Shown here one piece after another: positions 24,016 to 34,318 of a stretch of 64,000 bases of DNA. The DNA comes from Macrostomum lignano. Lineage: Eukaryota. The DNA lies in NCBI GenBank assembly GCA_002269645.1, contig NIVC01000140.1, forward strand, positions 578,879 through 642,878, read 5' to 3'. The position numbers and the translations under genes are program-made. A model generated the notes under the pieces. That model searched no databases. It saw nothing but the letters and a program-made list of their open reading frames with translations, and was not told where the DNA came from. Numbering within the stretch: position 1 is the stretch's first letter; the number at the start of each line of letters is the position of its first letter.

Positions 24016-24839
24016 CAATGCAATATGCTTTTTTCCTCGAAAGCATTTCCGTGGATCGCAGTTGTATTGTACGTTTAATATTCTTTAATGTTCACTGTCT
24101 TGTTTGTAAAGCACCGTACAGTGAATGGAACCTGCCATGACTGCAAGTGGTTTACCCTGTGTATTCGGATTACATGTACGTTTATTTGCAGTGGATGAAA
24201 ATAGCATTGCGTATTGACTTCTGCTGAAATTTATTTTGAATGCACTGAAAGTTCTTTCGTTTGTGTTGGCCGTGATCAAAACTTTCTGCTTGATAGCGGC
24301 TGGAAACAGCGCCCCAGTACAGCTGTGCCTTTGTCAGCCAACAGGTTCCTCCGCTCTGACACCTAGACTCAGCACTATATATCATTTTCGCATGGGAGAC
24401 TTTTTTGTACATAGCTGCTCCGTATTGGCTGAGACCAGGGTCGAATCCTCAGCTTTTGCTGGTTCGACCAGTTGCATTGGTTGGAAATGAGTTCAAAGCA
24501 GGCCGATAACTGATCACCTCACGCGGCCACTCAGTGTTGGCAAGCAGATTTGCTGCATATTTTAGCGCTCTTTGCGAATGTCTGTGCAGAGGCTCTGCGA
24601 CACGGGCATGAGTCGAACGAAGCCTTGAAGCCGCTCTTACAGTTGATTTTACTGTCAGTTGATGTTCTTGTCAGCACTTCGAGCTTCAAGTTGCCAGCTG
24701 CAACAGCCATTGTTCAACAAGACTTGTGTGCGATTTTCTCATTAGAAAGTGCGTCAAGTTTTCTGCAGAAATGAGTTTTATTTGTTCGGAAATCTTCTGG
24801 TCAAACTCAAGTACCACTAGGAACACTTAGCATGCCAGC

Positions 24840-25445
24840 GTGAATGATGTAATGATGAATTGATGAGATGAAGGCGAATGATGCAATGCTGCATTAGTGA
24901 GGTGAATGCGAATGATGCAATGCTGCATTAGTGAGGTGAATGCGAATGATGCAATGCTGCATTAGTGAGGTGAATGCGAATGATGCAATGCTGCATTAGT
25001 GAGGTGAATGCGAATGATGCAATGCTGCATTAGTGAGGTGAAGGCGAGTGATGCAATGCTGCATTAGTGAGGTGGAGGCGAGTGATGCAATGCTGCATTA
25101 GTGAGGTGAAGGCGAGTGATGCAATGCTGCATTAGTGAGGTGAAGGCGAGTGATGCAATGCTGCATTAGTGAGGTGGAGGCAGTGATGCAATGCTGCATT
25201 AGTGAGGTGGAGGCAGTGATGCAATGCTGCATTAGTGAGGTGAAGGCAGTGATGCAATGCTGCATTAGTGAGGTGAAGGCGAGTGATGCAATGCTGCATT
25301 AGTGAGGTGGAGGCAGTGATGCAATGCTGCATTAGTGAGGTGGAGGCAGTGATGCAATGCTGCATTAGTGAGGTGAAGGCAGTGATGCAATGCTGCATTA
25401 GTGAGGTGAAGGCGAGTGATGCAATGCTGCATAGTGAGGTGAAGG
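24840..25445. repeat. 33-bp satellite, third array
   Basis: Same core unit; followed by a diverged copy of the VWA upstream region. Confidence 0.94.
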
Positions 25446-26249
25446 TCATTCGTCAGCGCTCGCTCAGGCTCGGACAACCAGTACATTGTATAGTTTTAAA
25501 TTCTGAATAATTTTTCCGGATATTTTAACTTAAAAACAACAAAACAAATGGTTTGCTAAAAGAAGTATACTACGAGCATTAAATATTTTCTGCCAGAAGC
25601 AGAATGGAAATGTTTTTTTCTATTTTTACGATATGTCGCTTTCTTGAATATTGATTTTTTCATCAGTTGCGATAAAAAATTAATACACAATTTAAATTAA
25701 TTTAGTTGTCTTCTTCAAGGGCAGCCACAACTCGAGAAAAAGCAGAACTGGATTCTCAATGGTAAGCTGCTGGAAATTTCTGCTTTCCAAAAAATGCTGT
25801 GTCCAGAATTCTCTCGCTGTTCTTCCTCTCTGGAAAAGGATAAATTATTTTTCATTATCATAACTCCTATATATTCCAAATTCATTAAGTGTATTTATAT
25901 TGCAACAAAAATAATTTGTGTCAGATATTTAAACGAGATAATAAATATAACATTATAAGAAATAGGAAATGGGTTGAGAAGCACCTTTTTCGAGTTTATG
26001 AATTGCAATCATATAGTTATACAACGAGCGAATCGATTTTTCATATTCTAAACCATTCTTATTTGATTCTGCGTGCAGGATTGCTGATCTGGCACGCCCA
26101 AGCGTGCAGAATTGATGTTGTCTATGGCAAAATATCCTTTAGGTCTAATGCATCTTACGTGCAGGATTGCACTTTATTTTTAGACAACAAGAAAACAACG
26201 AGTGAAAATTGGTTAATATCATTACTATTTTTTCGCTTGCGATCAGATG

Positions 26250-27276
26250 CTACTCAAATACAAATTCAATGACGTTGGTGTCACCATTGGCTCGAATCTT
26301 CAAATTCTTCCGATTTTCCGGAATAACTCGCACACAGCGCACCGAGCCCGACGTAGGATCGTTGATAACGTCAACTAGGTCACTTGCCTCAGTGCCTACA
26401 ACTTGAGGGTCGGCCGTAGTAGCCACCTCCACGGCAGCCGTTAGTTGATGGCTCATAGCACAGATCGCTTGCTCTCGTTTATTCCCTCGTCGAATGTAGC
26501 GCTCAACGGATGCACCTCGCTTGTGGCCAGTCACTTTAGCGATAGTTTCGACATTAAATCCAGCGTCGTGAAGTTCTGTGATTACAGTTGCACGCACACA
26601 ATGCGCAGTGTATGGCTTGGACAATCCGGCGGACGTAGAAATTTTCTTCATCAGAGGCCCAAGGGTGTTGACTCCTACTGCACTCTTGCTGTACGAGCTC
26701 GTACCACTTACCAGATGAACGAAAGTTAGCGTTTGGTCGCAGAAAGAAGTCCACTCCGTTCCATCCTTCAACTTCGGTGACCTTTTGCTTGTACAGTCTG
26801 AACGCCTCAACTGGGCATTTGGCAGAATCTCCCTTTGACACCATCAACGCTTGCTTGTTGTCAACCATGACGGCGACGCTGGTAGAACCATGTAGATTCT
26901 TTGAATCTCCCTGAACAAGCTCAATCGCGTAGAGTCCATTGGCGAGCCGCTTCTCACAAAACCGATCAAACCTCAAACCACGCAACCATTCACGGCCTCT
27001 ATTCCCATAGTAATAAATGACGTTAAAGTATACTTCCTCTTGAAGACGCACCGGATTCGACCGATCGAAGTATTTACCGAGCTTCTTCAGGTCGTCACTC
27101 TCAATAGCATCGTAGTGCTTCACTCTTCCTCCAGATCGAAGGAAAGCGTTGCAAATGTTTTTATAGTGGCAACTAGCTTTCAATTGTAATCTCCTTTCGT
27201 TACCCCCTCCCCTCTTCATCTCCAGCGTGCAAGATTGATTTTGTCTATGGTTAAAATGTGGGGGCTTCGCCCCCAC
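26250..27276 (-). pseudogene. Crypton/DUF3504-type tyrosine recombinase, left arm (frameshifted, N-terminally incomplete)
   Basis: GNRGRE (Arg), DSKN (Lys), CPV, HCVR (HxxR), VTGHK and SVERY (Tyr) across two frames joined by a 10-bp insertion at 26691-26704. Confidence 0.88.
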
Positions 27277-27602
27277 GCCCCCAGCGGGGGCTCTGCCCCC
27301 GCACCCCCGCTAGCAGCGGGTAATGTCTATAGTAATATCAATTATAACCTCCTTTTTTGGGCAGAATTTAAAATGGAAGAATCAAATAAGAATGAGATTC
27401 ATGCACGCCAACTCGTGCGTCTATGGCAAAGAGCACTCGTGCGCTTCTCGTGCCATAGACGCACGAGTTGGCGTGCATGAATCTCATTCTTATTTGATTC
27501 TTCCATTTTAAATTCTGCCCAAAAAAGGAGGTTATAATTGATATTACTATAGACATTACCCGCTGCTAGCGGGGGTGCGGGGGCAGAGCCCCCGCTGGGG
27601 GC

Positions 27603-28629
27603 GTGGGGGCTTCGCCCCCACATTTTAACCATAGACAAAATCAATCTTGCACGCTGGAGATGAAGAGGGGAGGGGGTAACGAAAGGAGATTACAATTGAA
27701 AGCTAGTTGCCACTATAAAAACATTTGCAACGCTTTCCTTCGATCTGGAGGAAGAGTGAAGCACTACGATGCTATTGAGAGTGACGACCTGAAGAAGCTC
27801 GGTAAATACTTCGATCGGTCGAATCCGGTGCGTCTTCAAGAGGAAGTATACTTTAACGTCATTTATTACTATGGGAATAGAGGCCGTGAATGGTTGCGTG
27901 GTTTGAGGTTTGATCGGTTTTGTGAGAAGCGGCTCGCCAATGGACTCTACGCGATTGAGCTTGTTCAGGGAGATTCAAAGAATCTACATGGTTCTACCAG
28001 CGTCGCCGTCATGGTTGACAACAAGCAAGCGTTGATGGTGTCAAAGGGAGATTCTGCCAAATGCCCAGTTGAGGCGTTCAGACTGTACAAGCAAAAGGTC
28101 ACCGAAGTTGAAGGATGGAACGGAGTGGACTTCTTTCTGCGACCAAACGCTAACTTTCGTTCATCTGGTAAGTGGTACGAGCTCGTACAGCAAGAGTGCA
28201 GTAGGAGTCAACACCCTTGGGCCTCTGATGAAGAAAATTTCTACGTCCGCCGGATTGTCCAAGCCATACACTGCGCATTGTGTGCGTGCAACTGTAATCA
28301 CAGAACTTCACGACGCTGGATTTAATGTCGAAACTATCGCTAAAGTGACTGGCCACAAGCGAGGTGCATCCGTTGAGCGCTACATTCGACGAGGGAATAA
28401 ACGAGAGCAAGCGATCTGTGCTATGAGCCATCAACTAACGGCTGCCGTGGAGGTGGCTACTACGGCCGACCCTCAAGTTGTAGGCACTGAGGCAAGTGAC
28501 CTAGTTGACGTTATCAACGATCCTACGTCGGGCTCGGTGCGCTGTGTGCGAGTTATTCCGGAAAATCGGAAGAATTTGAAGATTCGAGCCAATGGTGACA
28601 CCAACGTCATTGAATTTGTATTTGAGTAG
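27603..28629 (+). pseudogene. Crypton/DUF3504-type tyrosine recombinase, right arm (frameshifted)
   Basis: Mirror copy of the left arm; same R-K-HxxR-H-Y catalytic set and the same insertion at 28175-28188. Confidence 0.88.
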
Positions 28630-28820
28630 CATCTGATCGCAAGCGAAAAAATAGTAATGATATTAACCAATTTTCACTCGTTGTTTTCTTGTTGTCTAAA
28701 AATAAAGTGCAATCCTGCACGTAAGATGCATTAGACCTAAAGGATATTTTGCCATAGACAACATCAATTCTGCACGCTTGGGCGTGCCAGATCAGCAATC
28801 CTGCACGCAGAATCAAATAA

Positions 28821-28980
28821 GAATGATGTGATGCTGCATTAGTGAGGTGGGGTGAATGATGTGATGCTGCATTAGTGAGGTGGGGTGAATGATGTGATGC
28901 TGCATTAGTGAGGTGGGGTGAATGATGTGATGCTGCATTAGTGAGGTGGGGTGAATGATGTGATGCTGCACTGCAGAGGT
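28821..28980. repeat. 33-bp satellite, fourth (short) array abutting the palindrome
   Basis: Identical to the last units of the 882-1917 array; shares GAATG with the palindrome end. Confidence 0.92.
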
Positions 28981-29641
28981 GAAGGCGCACCCGGTCAGCA
29001 CTCACTCAATCTCGCACGCCCAGTGCATGATACTGTTTTAAATTCTAAATCATTTTCCGGATATTTTAACTCAATAAAACAAACGTTAATTTCACTGGAA
29101 GGAAATAAACGCTTGAATGCTATTTGTTAAAGCATATTAGAAATATTTTCCATTTACCTTAACTATTGGGCCTAATTGAATATTCCCATTTTCTATCTGC
29201 TGCGATAATTCATTTTATACAAAATTTGAATTACTCCAGTCAGTGCTGCCAGTTCTCTTTCAGTTAAGCCACAACTTGAGAAAAAAATTGAAAGGATTCT
29301 CAATGGTAAGCTGCACGAATTTTCTGTTTTCCGAAATTTAGAAAAAATTAAACAGAATGAACTGGTTGATCTTCCTCTCTTGAACAGAATGAAATATTTT
29401 TTCATTATCATAATTTCTATATCTTAAATTCACTAAGTACAAATATTTTATAATAAAGTTATCTATGTATCAGATGCTAAAATAGAATTAAAAGTACAAG
29501 AATACAAGAAATAATTAATGGGTTCAGAAGCACCTTTATAGAATTTATGAATTGAAATCATATCATTATACAATGAACCACATAAATGAGCACTACTTTA
29601 TGTTCTACAAATTTTAAACACACATTTTTAGCTACAATGTT

Positions 29642-31957
29642 GTGCATGTCAAGCTGAACTTTCCACCGCAACTGCAGGAGCGTCACGTGAGGTCGGTGCT
29701 CACCGGAGCTCTGCTGGACGTCTCCGGCTCCATGCAGCGCAGCTTCGACCGTCAGCAGGCAGCGGGCGCAGCCAGCTACGCATCGAAGAACAGGTGGGTC
29801 CGCTCCATCTTCCAGGTGGCCGACCAGCTGGTCGAGCACGACGTGTCACCGACCAACCAGGTGTTCCTGGGCGGTGTGGGAGCTGAGTCACAGCCCACAG
29901 TGTTCGACATCTTGGCCTCACTGGAGGCTGGGCAGAGAAAAAAGCCAGAGCTGGAGAGGAAAAAGAAAGAACTGGAGAGGAGAAAGCAAGAGCTGGAAGA
30001 TGAGGCCAGAAGAAAGAAGCAGGAGTATGAAGACCGAATAAAGAGGTTAGAATCTTCTTCAAAGCAATACATCATTGACCGAGCTCTCTCCATCCTTGAG
30101 TCCAGTGGAGCGCCGAGAGTTCGGAGTTGGGCCACAGCGAACATGGTGGACAGGAATATAAGAGACAAGCGAACTGCCTGCGTCATTCTGGACGCTCTGC
30201 AAACCGACTCGGAATTCAAACGAAAAGTTGTTGATGATTATCTGCCTGAGCAGTGCCGAAATTTTCACTGGGCGAGCGAAGCCGCGAGAGTCACTTCTGG
30301 ATTTCTTGGTTCGTTTGTGGGGTCAGAAGACCCGTTGTTGGGGACGGACTCCGAAGTTAGAGCTGTTGTGAACAAATGTGAAAACTTCCTTAACGCCAAA
30401 AAGAAGCAGAAAGAAACAGAAGTAAAAGCAGAAGTAGAAGCAGAAGCAGAAGCTGAAAGAAGGAGAGCGGAGAATGAGTTGAGGGCATTGAGTCCTTTGA
30501 CTCAGTTGACTCCTTTGTCCGTCTTTGCCCCAGATGAAGCTCAGAAAATCCTGCACTCCTGCAACGAAGACGCTGAGCTGACTGACGAGCGAATCACGGA
30601 GCTCCTGGACACCATCGAGCCCTTCATCTACGGAGGCACCCCGCTGATGGAGGCTCTCGAGACATCGAAAAATATTTTTTGTAGCGAGAAACGCAAAACT
30701 GAGTTCAAGCTGCTCTTCATCCTTTCTGATGGAGAGCCGGCGGACAGCAGCGGCAGCCGAGACACTGAGATGCGACAGAAACTGCACAATCTCGGGGTGA
30801 CGGTCGTGTCCTGCTTCATCACGGACACTGACATCTCTGACCCGCGACGGCTCTACAGCACACTCGACAGCGGCTGGGATCGACCTGCTGAATTTATGTT
30901 CCACATGGCCTCGACAGTCTCCACCCAGAAGGTCCCCAGAACCCTGTTCATCCGAAAAGGCTGGACAATCGACACCGACAACAATGAGACCCGACTGTTC
31001 TTCCAGATCAATCACCCCGACCTCATCGATGAGGTCTGCGACATCGCCAAGAGCTGCGTGTGCTCGCAGGACGCGCTGTCGGACGTGCTGGCCGACGTGG
31101 ACCTCGACCTGTACATCAACAGGGCCAACGAGGGCTTCGAGCCGCAGCGACAGTCGGAGCTCACCTGCTATGCAGTCGCGTCGGCGACCGTCATGCACCT
31201 GAGCATGCTCAGGGTTGTGGGTCGGGACGGCGGATATCCGGACTTCTTCCAGCTCAGAGACGAGATCGTCACTCAGTTCGGACAGCGCAGAGCCCGCACA
31301 GTCGAGGTGCTGCGGACAGTGTGCCCGGAGTACCGGCTGCAGTGCAAGGAGGTCGATGAGAGAGCCGCGCTGGACGCCGTCATCGCCAAGCGGCCAGTCG
31401 TGGCCACATTCGGCCTCACTAAGAGCGAGTGGGGCAGCTTCAAGCAGTTCTTCAAGCAGAATCCCGAAGGCATTCTCACTCAGTCCGACCTCACCGGTGG
31501 ACTCGGAGCTCGGGGAGACTCTGAGCTGTTCGGACACGCGGTGGTGCTGATGAGCTTCGACAGACACAGCCTGAGGCTGATGAACTCGTGGGGCTCCGGC
31601 TGGGGCGACGGCGGCTTCTTCAGAGTGCAGAGCGCAGCCGTGCTCAGGATGAAGTTCATCGATGTGTTCTGGACCGAGGAGCAGCTGACTGAGGCCGAGA
31701 GAGCCGCCTTCAGAGAGCGCGGACCGGGCGTCGCTGAAAAGCTGTTCGCCTCACTGAAGGGTCTGCAGACATGCATGTACAGGTGCCCGCTGTGCGGTGA
31801 GGAGTCTCTGGTGTCGGAGTTCTCGGGACACACGCTGGAGGCCAGGTGTCCCAAATGCAGGCGCAGCTTCGATGCGAACCTTGCGGGCAGCGACCTGGCG
31901 CTGAACCTGTACCTCACCTCGCTGCTGCACAAAGGGAATAAGAAGACACAGCAGTAG
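29642..31957 (+). CDS. VWA - coiled coil - papain-like peptidase - Zn ribbon protein, paralog 3
   Basis: 771-aa open frame with all catalytic and MIDAS motifs. The ATG at 29637 is put out of frame by a net +5-nt change, so the start is uncertain (splice acceptor at 29677 likely, or 5'-damaged gene). Confidence 0.82.
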   Translation: MHVKLNFPPQLQERHVRSVLTGALLDVSGSMQRSFDRQQAAGAASYASKNRWVRSIFQVADQLVEHDVSPTNQVFLGGVGAESQPTVFDILASLEAGQRKKPELERKKKELERRKQELEDEARRKKQEYEDRIKRLESSSKQYIIDRALSILESSGAPRVRSWATANMVDRNIRDKRTACVILDALQTDSEFKRKVVDDYLPEQCRNFHWASEAARVTSGFLGSFVGSEDPLLGTDSEVRAVVNKCENFLNAKKKQKETEVKAEVEAEAEAERRRAENELRALSPLTQLTPLSVFAPDEAQKILHSCNEDAELTDERITELLDTIEPFIYGGTPLMEALETSKNIFCSEKRKTEFKLLFILSDGEPADSSGSRDTEMRQKLHNLGVTVVSCFITDTDISDPRRLYSTLDSGWDRPAEFMFHMASTVSTQKVPRTLFIRKGWTIDTDNNETRLFFQINHPDLIDEVCDIAKSCVCSQDALSDVLADVDLDLYINRANEGFEPQRQSELTCYAVASATVMHLSMLRVVGRDGGYPDFFQLRDEIVTQFGQRRARTVEVLRTVCPEYRLQCKEVDERAALDAVIAKRPVVATFGLTKSEWGSFKQFFKQNPEGILTQSDLTGGLGARGDSELFGHAVVLMSFDRHSLRLMNSWGSGWGDGGFFRVQSAAVLRMKFIDVFWTEEQLTEAERAAFRERGPGVAEKLFASLKGLQTCMYRCPLCGEESLVSEFSGHTLEARCPKCRRSFDANLAGSDLALNLYLTSLLHKGNKKTQQ

Positions 31958-32755
31958 CGCAGTGGCATTTTATATTGAAAGCTTCCATTTGGAAAATCGC
32001 ATCGGAGCTTTGAGCTGTGCCCAATTGTGACAAACTTTATTCAGTTTTGTGTCTACCATTTGGGGTCTAATAAGAGAAGCTGTCGGAGAGAGGACATCGA
32101 ATTATCGATTGATTTGCATGCTGGCGATTGCACGATAACCAATCATTTTCCAGTAAATCACAATTATATTCACGTTTTTTATTCTAATATCAACCTGAAT
32201 TGATTTAAAACTTGCGATTTTCTCCCACCGAGATGACTACTTTTGATACCTGTGATTGTAATTTTATAACTTTGCTAAAATTCAAACATTTCTCTTGATA
32301 ATTTTCGCTTTCGAAATCTATTCCTGCCAGTTTAACAATAACAAATCATGAAATGCTTTGCCAATATGCAGCAGAGGCCGGAAGCTGAGATGGAAGTTCC
32401 ACTCCTTGCTTCTGGCGAAAGGCTTTGATGCTGGCTGATAGCAAATCTTTATGACTGTTTCTTTAGAAAACCTGCGCCTATTTCTGCGCATCCAGCTGGC
32501 AATGGCTGGGTGGCTATCATAGCGATCTCAGTGCTGCAGAACCGCAGTGCTTTTACTGCCGTTGCAGTGTCTGAACGGAAAGTTTGCCTGATTTTCACAC
32601 ACTAATAAAATTCGTTCGATATACACTTGCTGCTCACTCTGTTAACAGTAGTCTCGTTGGGTCTTTTTTGTTGTCTCTTGTCTAAATGTAAAAGTGAGCA
32701 TTCTGAGAACATGTTCATAGATATGGACATAGAGAAGCGGAACTTCCCTGGCTAC

Positions 32756-32821
32756 AGCCATGTTGTACAGCCATGTTGTACAGCCATGTTGTACTGCCAT
32801 GTTGTACAGCCATGTTGTACT
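32756..32821. repeat. 13-bp tandem repeat (AGCCATGTTGTAC) x5
   Basis: Directly visible. Confidence 0.88.
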
Positions 32822-33002
32822 ACTGCGAGCCAATTAACGCAGATGCGAGAAGCGATTGCAGGGTAGAAAAGTCACAGAGGCTTGGAAGGCTGGTGCGCAC
32901 ATGCATTTATAGTTTAAAGATAACTGGCATGATTTAACAAACATTCAAAACCACTGCGCAGCCTAGGCCGTAGGTGTATCGGTAGATGCAGGCCTACCGG
33001 TA

Positions 33003-33214
33003 GATAGCCAGCTGTCGCTTGAGCTCGGCGAAGGCAGAGTCGCACTCGCTCTTCCAGAGGAAGGCGGTGTCCTACAGCTCTCGCAGTGATATCGCTGTCT
33101 TTGCAAAGTCAGGGATGAAATGACGCATTAATCCCCATTGCGCTGGGATGCGGATCACCTCTTTGACGGTCGAACTCCACCAGCTGAAATCCCGTAGGGC
33201 CCAGGAACTCGGCC
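33003..33214 (-). mobile_element. Ty3/Gypsy pol remnant (RT thumb/connection)
   Basis: Minus strand reads ...EFLG...TVKEV...RHFIPDFAKTAISLREL*DTAFLWKSECDSAFAELKRQL, matching the Gypsy 'rrFIpdfa..a.pL..l....f.W..ec..AF..lK' pattern. Confidence 0.6.
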
Positions 33215-34318
33215 TGGCATTACTCCTGGTGCACTGTCAGCCTCTTTTCGCTGAGTCCTTCTGAGTCCTCCTGAAGGACTCAGACCGCCTGAAGCTGCTT
33301 GCTGTGCTCATCCGAGTTGACAGCAGGTGTTCAAGGGTTAGCAGTAATGCAAAACATTTCATAACAAAAATAGAATAACATTAAAACTGAACCATTGGGT
33401 CACTGATTAATATGCTCCTGCCATTGGGTGCTAAACTTCCATGTATACCCAGGACAAAGAGCATCTGGTAAATCTGGGGACTGTGCACGAAATTTTCACT
33501 GCAATCTACACCCACAATCTACACCCATCCACTTCTTTTGTAATTGTTATTTTTCAATATTCTCTGTACCTGAATATTCTACTAATAATCCAGCGCACTT
33601 TTGATAATAATAATAGCGGTAGCCATTCAGGCAGCTCTGGTAGGTGTTTTTGAAAGCCTACTTTAAGTAGTGCTAGAACGAATCAGTACCGAACCTTCAA
33701 ATTGTGAAATATAGTTTGTTTTTTGGCCTTTTATCGTCGGCAACTTTAAGCTAGCTGAAAATTTGAACCTAAAATTTCGAATTGGCTGCTTACAGAGTGC
33801 AGTCTAACATAGCTCAAGGACGAATTAAGGAGTCCTTGAACAACAGAAAAGCATAGGAAATTCAGTCCCATACTTTGTGCGAATTTAGAAACAAAGAACT
33901 GTGCGGACTCTGCAGTTGTTCCTACTTGTTAGCTTTCCTGGAAAACTGTCTACTGGCTGATCTTCAGCTGTCTTCAGTCCAAACCGAAACACGGAACTAA
34001 ATGAACAGTCATTTTTTGCTCTACTGGTGCAGTGTCTCTGAGCGTCTCAAAAAGGGAACTTTGAATGTACATTTAAACCGGGAGGAACTCGAACAGTGGC
34101 AAAATAAGCTGAGCCAATGAGGGTAGCGCCAGTCATACGAGTAGCTGCACTTTGATCATCTTTTTTACATTCCCAATTAAGTCTGCTTCCTCTTGGTACC
34201 TGCTGGAAAACCATTGTCTCAGATATACCTGTTTAAACTTCTGAGAAGACTTGCTAAGGCTATAGGTAGAGCTGTTTCCATAGAATACGGTGGACCACAA
34301 GCAGTAGACATCGGAGTC

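Larger units (their letters stand above)
26054..28825. mobile_element. 2.77-kb palindrome: head-to-head inverted dimer of a Crypton-type tyrosine-recombinase element
   Basis: Arms 26054-27428 and 27451-28825 are reverse complements (mirror coordinates sum to 54879 for all ORF pairs), with a 22-nt spacer. Confidence 0.92.

Noticed and set aside
26054-28825. Interpretation as a prophage integrase or bacterial invertible switch
   Set aside because: The recombinase has the eukaryotic Crypton/DUF3504 signature (RGRE, CPV, WY..vG.N.L) and is embedded in animal-type satellites with no bacterial genes nearby.
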